DNA of 64,000 nucleotides, taken from NCBI GenBank assembly GCA_019058295.1, contig JAHPZI010000007.1:32001-96000 (forward strand), written 5' to 3'. Below are positions 29,688 through 39,483 of the stretch, piece after piece. Every line of letters begins with the position of its first letter. Position 1 is the first letter of the stretch. The notes beneath the pieces were generated by a model. That model had not been told where the DNA came from, ran no database searches, and worked only from the letters and a program-made list of their open reading frames with translations. The stretch comes from Promethearchaeota archaeon (GTDB lineage: Archaea; Asgardarchaeota; Lokiarchaeia; Sigyniarchaeales; SOKP01). The position numbers and the translations under genes were made by a program.

Positions 29688-30065
29688 TTATGTATTTAAG
29701 AAAAATCCTAAGCCAAATGCTAAAAGTAGATTTGCTATAAATGCCCGTTTCTTCTTTTTTTCTCCGAATTCTTTGAAATATTTTTTTCCCAACTTAACTT
29801 GCGCATCATTCAAATCTTCATAGATATATCCTTCCCTAATTAGAAAATAATAAATCTCTTCGCTTTTCTCTATTACAGCATATTCTGTAAAATTTTCTAT
29901 AAGAGTCGATCTCATTCGAATTATGTACTTCAGCTCGTCTTTTATCGCTGAAGGACGAAATATCATTTCTCCTTGATATAATTCCATCCTTTCCAGCAAT
30001 GCGATAATATCTTCCATAAAGACATAGTACCGATTCAAATCAACTTTATCTTTTGCAACGGGCAT
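29688..30065 (-). CDS. Hypothetical protein with C-terminal TM anchor
   Basis: 125-aa ORF ending KKKKRAFIANLLLAFGLGFFLNT. Confidence 0.6.
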   Translation of the reverse strand: MPVAKDKVDLNRYYVFMEDIIALLERMELYQGEMIFRPSAIKDELKYIIRMRSTLIENFTEYAVIEKSEEIYYFLIREGYIYEDLNDAQVKLGKKYFKEFGEKKKKRAFIANLLLAFGLGFFLNT

Positions 30066-30146
30066 CTTAATTTTAATATAATATTAAGAAAATATAAACT
30101 TAAGGTGTAAAGTTTATATATTGGTTTAAACTTTTTTATATTAATT

Positions 30147-31055
30147 ATGAATGGTCTAAAGAAGCATTACACGAGAAAATTACAAAATATTAGTAGGTCA
30201 TATTTAGTAAGTTTGCCAAGCGAATTTTTAAAGAAACATGGATTAAAAGATAAAAAAAATGCATCAGTAATTATAAAAATCAATGAAGATTGGTCCTTGA
30301 CTATAATTCCTGAGAAATTAGCAGAACAAATTTCAGATGAGATAATAATTGAAGTATATAGAGAAGTCGCTCGTGAGGTTGTTGAGAAAGTACTGTCGGG
30401 TACAGAAAAAATTACTATTCTTTCTGATAAGAAAATTGATGAAGATATAAGAAAAGAAATACGATTTTTTGTTGATGGATTGCCTCAAGCTGAAATACTT
30501 GAAGATGAGGCTCAGAGAATTGTTGTATACAATATTGGTTTTAAGAATATTCCAAATAGAAAGATTTTACATCGATTATTATCAATCGTCTCTGATATAT
30601 TTGAAAATATTAAAAAAGAAAAAACATTAGAGTTAGAGCTGAATTTTAAAGATCTAAAAAAATTCTATATAATTTTAAATGGAAATATTCGGACATATCA
30701 TAATTCCGGATTTCTTGAGTATGGCGATGAAGAATTAACGCAAAAAAAAGCTTCAGACTATCGTATTTTCTCATACCAACTTAAAATAATAGGATATATT
30801 TTAAGGGATATCGAAATTGACGATTCTATTTTAGAGTTGTTCACTAAAATTGAAACTTATTTCAATGCGATTTTTGATGCCTTTTTGAAAAAGAACGAAC
30901 GATTAGCACACGAATTATGGTTTCAAAATCAACCTCTTGAACGAGAAGGTAGAAAACTTATGGATGGTGTGTCAAGTGAGTTTAAATATAAGATAAACCT
31001 TCTATTAATGATTGTTAAGATTTGTAGAAGTATGACGGCTCTATTGTATTCATGA
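30147..31055 (+). CDS. Archaeal phosphate-uptake-regulator-like protein (AbrB N-terminus plus PhoU-like helices)
   Basis: TRKLQNISRSYLVSLP...WSLTIIP AbrB-like start; helical remainder. Confidence 0.75.
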   Translation: MNGLKKHYTRKLQNISRSYLVSLPSEFLKKHGLKDKKNASVIIKINEDWSLTIIPEKLAEQISDEIIIEVYREVAREVVEKVLSGTEKITILSDKKIDEDIRKEIRFFVDGLPQAEILEDEAQRIVVYNIGFKNIPNRKILHRLLSIVSDIFENIKKEKTLELELNFKDLKKFYIILNGNIRTYHNSGFLEYGDEELTQKKASDYRIFSYQLKIIGYILRDIEIDDSILELFTKIETYFNAIFDAFLKKNERLAHELWFQNQPLEREGRKLMDGVSSEFKYKINLLLMIVKICRSMTALLYS

Positions 31056-31111
31056 AAATATATTTTATTGACATTTTATAAAATATAGGCTTTTCAATTA
31101 AATTATTACAG

Positions 31112-31654
31112 CTATATTTCCTCGTGAGTTAATAATTTCCTAATTATTGTTTTGAAGGCTTCTCCTACATTTTCTCCAGTTTTCGCTGATGTTTTATAAA
31201 ATCCGAGAAATCCACGCTTATCAACTATTTTTTGAACTTCTGCATCTTTTGAGTTTTTATCAGCTACTAAATCGAGTTTATTTCCTAATATTACAATAGG
31301 GATATCACCACAAAACTTTTTTATATCACCGTGCCAAGCAGGTATTCGTTTTAAACTTTCCTTACCGTGATCAGAATCTTCTAAAGAAAAAACTATAATT
31401 CCACAGCTCGTACCCTTGTAAAAAACAGGTCGAAGAAAAAAATGGTCATCTTGTCCAGCTATATCCCATAAGGATAAATGACACTTTAGATTATCGACCT
31501 CGTCGGAATAAGATGAAAATTGAGCACCGATGGTTTTAGTATATTGCGTTTGAAACGAGGCTTGTGTGTATCTCCGAATTAAAGATGATTTTCCTACTTG
31601 CCCATCTCCAATAACTGTTACCTTAAAAACAAAGTCAGCCTCACTGTCACTCAT
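31112..31654 (-). CDS. Rab-like small GTPase
   Basis: GDGQVGKS, TIG, WDIAGQ, GNKLD, TSAKTG; no C-terminal prenylation Cys. Confidence 0.95.
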   Translation of the reverse strand: MSDSEADFVFKVTVIGDGQVGKSSLIRRYTQASFQTQYTKTIGAQFSSYSDEVDNLKCHLSLWDIAGQDDHFFLRPVFYKGTSCGIIVFSLEDSDHGKESLKRIPAWHGDIKKFCGDIPIVILGNKLDLVADKNSKDAEVQKIVDKRGFLGFYKTSAKTGENVGEAFKTIIRKLLTHEEI

Positions 31655-31818
31655 AATAAAATCTTGTTTTTATTATTCTATGACATATAATATTCATTAA
31701 ATTTTAACATCTATTATTAAGAAATAACTTCATTATAAAGTAGAGATAAAAATATTAAAATGAAGTTAATAATATTTGCATTTAAACAGTGTGAATAATA
31801 ATAATTACGTGCTGATTT

Positions 31819-32601
31819 TTGACAGAACTGGATAGAAATTTAGAATGTATATTTGTAATGGTAGGGGCAATTTTTGTTGCATCTATTGTCATTATTGCAG
31901 CAATTTTATCGTATTTTGAGATGGGATATAATCCGATTGAATATACTATTAGCGAACTAGCACTTTATAGATATAGAACATTATTTAGTATTGGTTTAGT
32001 TTCAGCAGGGTGTTTACTTATTCCTTTTTTTATAAAACTAGAAAGAGAATTAGTTAATATAAAAGAAAATTTAAGAAAAAGCGCCACAGCAGTCGCTATT
32101 TTTGCTTCAATTTGTACTTCCATGGTTGGCGTAATTCCTGATATAGAATATCGTAAAGTATTTGATCTTTTTCACATATTTGTTGCAGTGATTGCATTTG
32201 GCGGTTCTGCTACTTATATCTTCCTCTACAGTATCTTAATGTATAAAGGACATAGTTCTCCCATGTATAAAGGACCTCAATTCAAACGACACGTATCATA
32301 TTATGGTATTTTCATCTTTGGGAATTTTATTATACTACTCCTTATTTTTATACCCCCAATAGAATGGATGTTATTTATTAATATTTTAACTTGGAACTTT
32401 ATAACTGCCTATTACATAATTAAATATAAATTTTCTGGCATTCCAGGTATTTATTATAAAGAAGAACAATATCCAGAAATGCTGGAAAAATTTGAAGAAT
32501 CCTTGATGATATTAAAACAGTTAAATTTAGAGGATGATCCTATGGCAGAGGTTCTTAAAGAAAATATAAAATTTATAAAAAGTGCTCAAGATAAAAACTA
32601 A
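31819..32601 (+). CDS. Membrane protein, DUF998/Frag1-like
   Basis: GYNPIEYTISEL, about 6 TM helices, HIFVAVIAF, PPIEW. Confidence 0.7.
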   Translation: MTELDRNLECIFVMVGAIFVASIVIIAAILSYFEMGYNPIEYTISELALYRYRTLFSIGLVSAGCLLIPFFIKLERELVNIKENLRKSATAVAIFASICTSMVGVIPDIEYRKVFDLFHIFVAVIAFGGSATYIFLYSILMYKGHSSPMYKGPQFKRHVSYYGIFIFGNFIILLLIFIPPIEWMLFINILTWNFITAYYIIKYKFSGIPGIYYKEEQYPEMLEKFEESLMILKQLNLEDDPMAEVLKENIKFIKSAQDKN

Positions 32602-32650
32602 TTTATGAAAGGGAATATTCTTTAATTTTATATAATAAGGTGGAAAAAAA

Positions 32651-33088
32651 ATGCTAAATTTGGTAGGAACAGGTGGAACCTTCGATCGTCTTCATGATGG
32701 GCACAGGCTTTTAATTGAAACAGCTCTAAAAATTTCCAATAAAGTAGTTATAGGATTGACAACTCAGAAGATGCTCAAACGAAAGAAATTTGCCGATATT
32801 ATTGAAGATTTTGAAACAAGAAAAAAGCATCTTGAAAATTTCATCAGTAGCATTGGCGGGTCAGACCGAGTTGAAATTATTGAACTCACTAATCCATACG
32901 GTCCTCCAATCAAAGAACCAGAATACGAGGGTATAGTTGCAAGTCAAGAAACCTTCTTGAATTCAGTTCGATTAAATGAATTAAGAGTTGCCAATGGATT
33001 TGATCCCTTAGTTATTATTCTGATCCCAATGGTAATGGGTTCAAACGACCAACGACTTAGCTCGACGGCTATAAGAGCTAACCTTTAA
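32651..33088 (+). CDS. coaD: Phosphopantetheine adenylyltransferase (archaeal/eukaryotic type)
   Basis: GGTFDRLHDGH, PYGP, SQET, LSSTAIR. Confidence 0.9.
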   Translation: MLNLVGTGGTFDRLHDGHRLLIETALKISNKVVIGLTTQKMLKRKKFADIIEDFETRKKHLENFISSIGGSDRVEIIELTNPYGPPIKEPEYEGIVASQETFLNSVRLNELRVANGFDPLVIILIPMVMGSNDQRLSSTAIRANL

Positions 33089-33250
33089 AAATCCTCTACT
33101 TTTTAATACTATTGAAGGTTGTTGTCAATATTTTTTTATCTGAATTTAAATCTTAAACTTTTTAGTAAAGAATGTTCAAATTTTAAACATCTTTAAATAA
33201 ACACCTAACATATTATACTATATTAATTTAAATTAAATTCAATAGATATT

Positions 33251-36200
33251 TTGAGAAATAAAAATTTTTATCTAATAGCTACAACAGTTTTTTTTCTTGC
33301 ATTATTCGTGCTCTCCATAAATCACAAAAAAGAAACCGAAGAGAGCGACCCAAGTTTAAATGAGAATATTGAAATAGAAACGCCAAATGAGATTACTGAT
33401 CCAGATGATATTACTATAGAAACACCTAGACCAAAAACCTCGGGGGCTTATAATTTAGATTTCATACACATTGATGGCAATTGGTCAGCAGCAGAAGCTG
33501 AGCTATGGTGTTATAAACAAAATGGAGTATATATTATCGAAAATGTTACAATTGATGCAACAAACTCGCCCATTAATAGCGGGATTTTGATTAATAATTC
33601 CAATGATGTAAGTTTTATTGTTAGAAATTGCACAATTTATAATGTAGCAGGACCAGAGTCTCCTCGCGCAGGAGGTATAAAGCTTGTAAATTGCTCAAAG
33701 GGAACCCTCTTCAATAACACTTGTAGAGATGGCGTTGTCAGTGGAAGATCAAGCGGAATTTTAGTGTGGGATTACTGTCATAATATTACTGTTGAAGATA
33801 ACTATATAGATTATCATCATTATCATGGAATTCAATTATGCGGTGAAACCGAAGGAATAGCCCCTTATAACGTCACAGTAAAAAATAATAAAGTCTATGA
33901 TTCTCAATATTATGGCGTCTACTTAGTAAGGGCTGATAATAATACCATCAGAGACAACTTTGTTAGTGATAGTGATAGAAGAAATATACGTTTAGTATCA
34001 AATTGCGATTATAACAGAATTATTAATAACACTGTGACTGATACTGGAGCCCCCCCGGGTTATTCAACCCACCATGGAATAGTATTATCGAGTGAATGTG
34101 ATAATAACATCATAAGAGAGAATAAAGTTACCCAAATTTACGATCATGGTATCTACTTAATTAATAATTGCCATAATAATACCATCAAGGACAATACAGT
34201 AAAAGATAATGGAGATGACGCAATACGTTTAGAAGATAATTGTGACGATAATAAGATTATTAATAATACCGCATCTGACACAGCAGCAGCCCATGGTCAA
34301 GATAATGGGATATGGATAGAAAATGGATGCGAGAGAAACATGATCATCAATAACACTTGCAACGATAATGGTCAGGAGGGAATATACATTTATGATGATT
34401 GTGATGACAATATAATCTCTTACAATATCGTAAAAGATAATACCTATCGTGGATTTTATTTATACTCTGGATGCGACAACAATACTATTTTCAACAATAC
34501 AGTAATTAACAATGGATATAATGGAATACTATTAATTACTAATTGCCATGATAACAATGTCTCTAAAAATTATGCTTGTGGTAATGGGCATGATGGAATA
34601 TTACTACAAGTAAATTGTGATTACAATACAATATTTAATAACACCTGTAATAATAACATTCGAAATGGAATCTATATATATGACGGTTCTGATTACAACA
34701 ATATAACTTATAATACAGCAAATGGTAATGGAGATTCGGATCAGGATAGTGGGATATATCTGTATAATAGTGATTATAATGTAATCCATAATAACACTGC
34801 CAACGGAAATTATTATTCAGGGATATATTTATACTCTGATTGTAATGATAACAATATTACTAATAATGTTTGCAGTGAAAATGATCAATATGGGATTAAG
34901 CTATACACGGATTGCCATAATAACACCCTTGACAATAACACCGCAAACGACAACTTTCAATACGGGATACAGTTACATACAAATTGCACTGATAATGACA
35001 TTATTAATAACTTAGCATTAAACACAATAGAGGGGTATGATCAAAATGTTGGAATACGCATTGCATGGTATTGTGATTACAATACCTACGCAAATAACAC
35101 TGCCAATGGTAATACCGACTCTGGAATAAGTATAGCTTATTATTGTACTGACAGCATCATAGTAAACAACACTTGTAAGAATAACGGTAATGGGATTGAA
35201 TTTTATAGTAATTGCGAAAACCATATAATTGAAAATAATACTGTCAACGAAAATTACCAATATGGGATATTATTAGAGATTAACTGCAATAATAACAATA
35301 TCACAGGAAATATTGGGATTGGTAATGATATCTCAGGAATAAGGTTATATACTAATTGTGATTTTAATCTGATTTTAAATAACACTTTTAGTTATTCTGT
35401 ATCAGAGCATGGAATTGATTTAGAGACTGGTTGTGTTTTTAACACAATAATTAATAACACACTTATGCATAACAATTTGAGAGGTATCCGATTATATGAT
35501 GATTGCGACAACAACACGATTTCGGGAAACACCGCATACTATAATGGTAAGGGAATAGAATTGGATAATTATTGTGATAATAACACGATTTTGGGGAATT
35601 CCTTAAAATATAATTCTCATGGAATACATGTGGCAAATTATTGTGAGGATAACTTCATTATCGGAAATAATTGTAGTAAGAATACAGGACGGGGTATTGC
35701 AATAGGACAAAGAGAAAGCCATTATACTATAATAGATAATAATTATATATGTAATAATGGATATCGTGGAATTGAAATCTATTTTTGGTGTGGTAGCACC
35801 ATTATTACTAACAATATTATAAATAATAATATAGATAATGGACTCAGAATAGTTTCTGCTAGTAGTGGCACTATAGTTCATAATAACACTATTAATGGTA
35901 ATACTAATATAGGAATATATATTTCTGATAACACTGATAACTGTAGGATATCACATAATATTGTCAATGATAATAACAACTATGCGGTATATATAGCAGG
36001 GACTAGTAGTGAAAACACTATTCTTATAGGAAACACGTTCAATAACAATAATCTCTTCTATAATCTGGGCACAAACACTCTAGATGCGATGAACTGCTTT
36101 GACGGCGTGTGTACACCTCTGATAATTGATGCGGATAGCAGCACCGCTGACTCATTTACATGGGAAGAGGTTCTAACATATGTTCCTTGGTTTTCTGGTG

Positions 36201-39200
36201 CGGGTACCTTGAACGATCCTTATATGATCGAGGGTATAACTATTAACGCATCTGGAAACGCAGTAGGTCTTTATATAATTGATTCTAAAGATGTCTATTT
36301 TAAGATTAAAGATTGTACCGTGTACGAGGCGGGTAGTGGCAGTGGTTATGATGCGGGAATTAAACTAGAAAATACATGTAATGGTACAATTATTAATAAT
36401 ATAGTCTCGAATAATGAAAATAATGGAATTTGTTTGATAAGTGGATGCCGTAATAATACGATCACGGAGAATACTGGAATTGGTAATAAGGATTCCGGAT
36501 TAAGATTGCAAACTGATTGTGATTATAATATTATTTCAAATAATAATTTTAGCTATTCTGATCCGACTTATGGTAATGATGGAATTCAAATAGAGAGTGA
36601 TTGCGATTACAATACAATAATTAATAATATACTTAATAATAACAAAAGGAATGGTCTCCGATTTTGGGATACTTGTAATGATAATAAAATATTGAAAAAC
36701 ACCATAAATGGTAATATAGAAAGCGGTATAGTTATAACATTAGATTCTGATAATAATAATTTCTCGGAAAATACTATATCTAATAACTTAATTTATGGTG
36801 CAGGTATACACGCGCCTACATGCGATAACAATTTATTTTACAACAATACTTTCACGGGAAATACCAACTCTCATATATATGATGAATCATCTAATACGAA
36901 ATATAATAATACCCAAATTGGTAATTATTGGGACGATTATGGGGGTATAGATGCGGATGATAACGGTATAGGTGATACTGATTATAATGTTTATGGGTCT
37001 CTATGGGATGAGCTCCCTATTTGGTGGGATGCACCCGTTGTATCAATTACTACTCCATCATATATGGACGTCTTTGGGAACGCCACGATTAATTTTACTT
37101 TAAGTATTACTAGGACAATTCCAAGTTTGTGTAATATGTGGTATATGTTAGTAAACAATACAAATCCAACTGATAAGACGGGTAATCAAACATTTACCAA
37201 ATATCCTTCGCACTATATTTTATATAATTTATGGAACACATTTGAAAATGGAACCATTAAGATTTGGTTTTTTTTAAATGATTCAAGAGGTTATATTGGT
37301 TCTGCAAGTGTCATTATTCAAAAAAATATCTATGCTCCTACAATTTCAATCGTAAAAATAGGTTTTTATGGCGTAGGAGGGGTATCAACAATTAATTTTA
37401 CCGTCGCTTTAGATGGTCCAGATGTGGATACACTTTGGTATAGAATTTATAACGGGACTTGGTCAAAAAATTACACTTTTAATGCAATATCAGGGCAAAT
37501 GAATAAAGAAATAAATCCCAATTTATGGAAATCACTTGGTAATGGTACTTTAACAATTCAATTCTTTTTAAATGATACTTTAGCCCCTGAAACAACCAAA
37601 AAAGAACGCAAATTCATAAAAGATATTGTCCCTCCAAGTTTAATTATTACAAGTCCCTCTAACAATGATGTTGCAGGAATTTCTCCACCAGATATTACAT
37701 TTAATATTAATGAAAGCCAACTCCATCAAATTTGGTATGAATTGGATGATGGCACTGGCTATGGTAATTATACGTATCGTGATGTTATCGCGGATTTATT
37801 TGATAAAATTAAGTATGACTATTGGAAATTATTAAATAATGGAACAGTTATCATTAAATTCTGGGCAAATGATACAGGGGGTAATGTAAATTACACTATT
37901 GTATCACTTTCGCTACGAAAAGACATCTATAAACCCATAATTGATGATATTGATAGATTTTATGAAGGATGGACATACGGAAGCACACCTCCACTTTATA
38001 CTCTTGAGATAACTGAACCTCATTTTTATCAGATGTGGTATACTTTATTCGATGGAACAAACCTTTATACTTCTTCAACTTATACATCATTAAGTGGCTC
38101 AATTGACCAAACTCTTTGGAACAATTTAAACAATGGAGAAATTAATGTCACATTTTATGTTGAAGACCAAGCAGGAAATGTTGGATATAAAGATTATGCT
38201 GTTATAAAAGAAGTGGCAATTCTCCCTGGATCACCACCTCCTGCAGATGACGATGATGACGATGATGACGGAGAAGATGATACAATGGATTGGATAATTC
38301 GTGCATTATTAGCGGGACTAATTAGTGGTACTGTAGGAATTTCTCTCAGAATTGCTTATAGCAAGATTAAGAAAAAGAGAGAAGCTGCGCGACAGGCAGC
38401 AGCACCAACTGTAATCTTAAAAAAGAAATATCAAATTGTCCATCATGACTTTTTAACACCATATGGCAAAGTAGAGAAAAAGGAGTTCAAAGTTGGAATT
38501 GCACAAATTGGGTTATCAAAAACGGGCAATCTTATAACCGAGTTATTCGACATGACCCCTGAAGGACTCATGAGAATTCGTGAAAATATGGTAGAAACCG
38601 TAAGCGCTAATATTAAAAGTATGGTTAAACAAGCTCATGAAAATGGTATTAACATATTACTCTTCCCTGAAATGACATTTGACCTTAACTATAAAAGAAT
38701 GGTAAAAGATGTCAAGCAATGGGCGCAAGATTACAATATGTATATAATTACAGGCGGATATCATGATATCAAAACTAAACAAAATATTTGCGCTGTATTT
38801 GGACCAGAAGGCATTCAATGGGAACAAGAGAAACATACACCAGCTACCATTCACTTTGGAAAGCATGTATTTACAGAAGCAATAGAGATCCATCATCCTC
38901 CGCATAAACTTCACATTTGCGCCACCGAATATGGAAGAATCGCAATAGCGATATGTCGAGATTTTCTTGATATGGATTTACGGGTTGAAATTAAGAATTG
39001 CGAGCCACCTGTGGATCTTTTCTTTAATCCAGCTTATACTCCAGTTACAGTTGATTTTGAGGCAACACATTTTGATGCCCGTCGAGCCGTATATGCATAC
39101 ACTTTCTTTGCTAATGTTGCTGAATATGGCGGAACAATTATAAATACACCAGAAAAGGACAGGACAAAAAGGCAGATCCCTCCAAAAGAAGAAGGTCTTA

Positions 39201-39301
39201 TATTTAAGGATGTAGATCTATTTAGCTTGCGGTCAGAGCGTAATAAATGGGAAAGAAGGCAAAGTAAGGAAAAGAGATATATCCAAAGCACAAGATCATA
39301 A
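33251..39301 (+). CDS. Giant membrane protein: signal anchor, parallel beta-helix (NosD-like) repeats, Ig-like repeats, poly-Asp linker, TM, C-terminal carbon-nitrogen hydrolase domain
   Basis: Many GIxLxxxCDxNxIxNN coils; GNYWDDY..D.D..GIGD cap; TM WIIRALLAGLISGTVGISL; LLFPEM, QEKHTP and AICRDF motifs. Confidence 0.88.
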   Translation: MRNKNFYLIATTVFFLALFVLSINHKKETEESDPSLNENIEIETPNEITDPDDITIETPRPKTSGAYNLDFIHIDGNWSAAEAELWCYKQNGVYIIENVTIDATNSPINSGILINNSNDVSFIVRNCTIYNVAGPESPRAGGIKLVNCSKGTLFNNTCRDGVVSGRSSGILVWDYCHNITVEDNYIDYHHYHGIQLCGETEGIAPYNVTVKNNKVYDSQYYGVYLVRADNNTIRDNFVSDSDRRNIRLVSNCDYNRIINNTVTDTGAPPGYSTHHGIVLSSECDNNIIRENKVTQIYDHGIYLINNCHNNTIKDNTVKDNGDDAIRLEDNCDDNKIINNTASDTAAAHGQDNGIWIENGCERNMIINNTCNDNGQEGIYIYDDCDDNIISYNIVKDNTYRGFYLYSGCDNNTIFNNTVINNGYNGILLITNCHDNNVSKNYACGNGHDGILLQVNCDYNTIFNNTCNNNIRNGIYIYDGSDYNNITYNTANGNGDSDQDSGIYLYNSDYNVIHNNTANGNYYSGIYLYSDCNDNNITNNVCSENDQYGIKLYTDCHNNTLDNNTANDNFQYGIQLHTNCTDNDIINNLALNTIEGYDQNVGIRIAWYCDYNTYANNTANGNTDSGISIAYYCTDSIIVNNTCKNNGNGIEFYSNCENHIIENNTVNENYQYGILLEINCNNNNITGNIGIGNDISGIRLYTNCDFNLILNNTFSYSVSEHGIDLETGCVFNTIINNTLMHNNLRGIRLYDDCDNNTISGNTAYYNGKGIELDNYCDNNTILGNSLKYNSHGIHVANYCEDNFIIGNNCSKNTGRGIAIGQRESHYTIIDNNYICNNGYRGIEIYFWCGSTIITNNIINNNIDNGLRIVSASSGTIVHNNTINGNTNIGIYISDNTDNCRISHNIVNDNNNYAVYIAGTSSENTILIGNTFNNNNLFYNLGTNTLDAMNCFDGVCTPLIIDADSSTADSFTWEEVLTYVPWFSGAGTLNDPYMIEGITINASGNAVGLYIIDSKDVYFKIKDCTVYEAGSGSGYDAGIKLENTCNGTIINNIVSNNENNGICLISGCRNNTITENTGIGNKDSGLRLQTDCDYNIISNNNFSYSDPTYGNDGIQIESDCDYNTIINNILNNNKRNGLRFWDTCNDNKILKNTINGNIESGIVITLDSDNNNFSENTISNNLIYGAGIHAPTCDNNLFYNNTFTGNTNSHIYDESSNTKYNNTQIGNYWDDYGGIDADDNGIGDTDYNVYGSLWDELPIWWDAPVVSITTPSYMDVFGNATINFTLSITRTIPSLCNMWYMLVNNTNPTDKTGNQTFTKYPSHYILYNLWNTFENGTIKIWFFLNDSRGYIGSASVIIQKNIYAPTISIVKIGFYGVGGVSTINFTVALDGPDVDTLWYRIYNGTWSKNYTFNAISGQMNKEINPNLWKSLGNGTLTIQFFLNDTLAPETTKKERKFIKDIVPPSLIITSPSNNDVAGISPPDITFNINESQLHQIWYELDDGTGYGNYTYRDVIADLFDKIKYDYWKLLNNGTVIIKFWANDTGGNVNYTIVSLSLRKDIYKPIIDDIDRFYEGWTYGSTPPLYTLEITEPHFYQMWYTLFDGTNLYTSSTYTSLSGSIDQTLWNNLNNGEINVTFYVEDQAGNVGYKDYAVIKEVAILPGSPPPADDDDDDDDGEDDTMDWIIRALLAGLISGTVGISLRIAYSKIKKKREAARQAAAPTVILKKKYQIVHHDFLTPYGKVEKKEFKVGIAQIGLSKTGNLITELFDMTPEGLMRIRENMVETVSANIKSMVKQAHENGINILLFPEMTFDLNYKRMVKDVKQWAQDYNMYIITGGYHDIKTKQNICAVFGPEGIQWEQEKHTPATIHFGKHVFTEAIEIHHPPHKLHICATEYGRIAIAICRDFLDMDLRVEIKNCEPPVDLFFNPAYTPVTVDFEATHFDARRAVYAYTFFANVAEYGGTIINTPEKDRTKRQIPPKEEGLIFKDVDLFSLRSERNKWERRQSKEKRYIQSTRS

Positions 39302-39483
39302 AGCTTCCTTTTTTATAATAATAAATTTAATAGAAGAATTAAATTCCGAAATTTAATTTATAATTAATCTAACCTTTTGAAAATTAATACTAATTTTAAA
39401 AAATAAATCTAGTTTATATTCTTACGAGAATATTATAAATGAAACTTTTCTCAAATATTATAAGAAAGTAATAGAAATTTATT

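Noticed and set aside
33500-37000. CRISPR array or diversity-generating repeats in the AAT-rich region
   Set aside because: The repeats are degenerate protein-level beta-helix coils in one ORF, with no identical nucleotide repeats, spacers or reverse transcriptase.
39337-39358. Inverted repeat AATTAAATT-CCGA-AATTTAATT upstream of the GRE gene
   Set aside because: Arms are pure A/T in a very AT-rich spacer and it occurs once; it cannot be told from chance.
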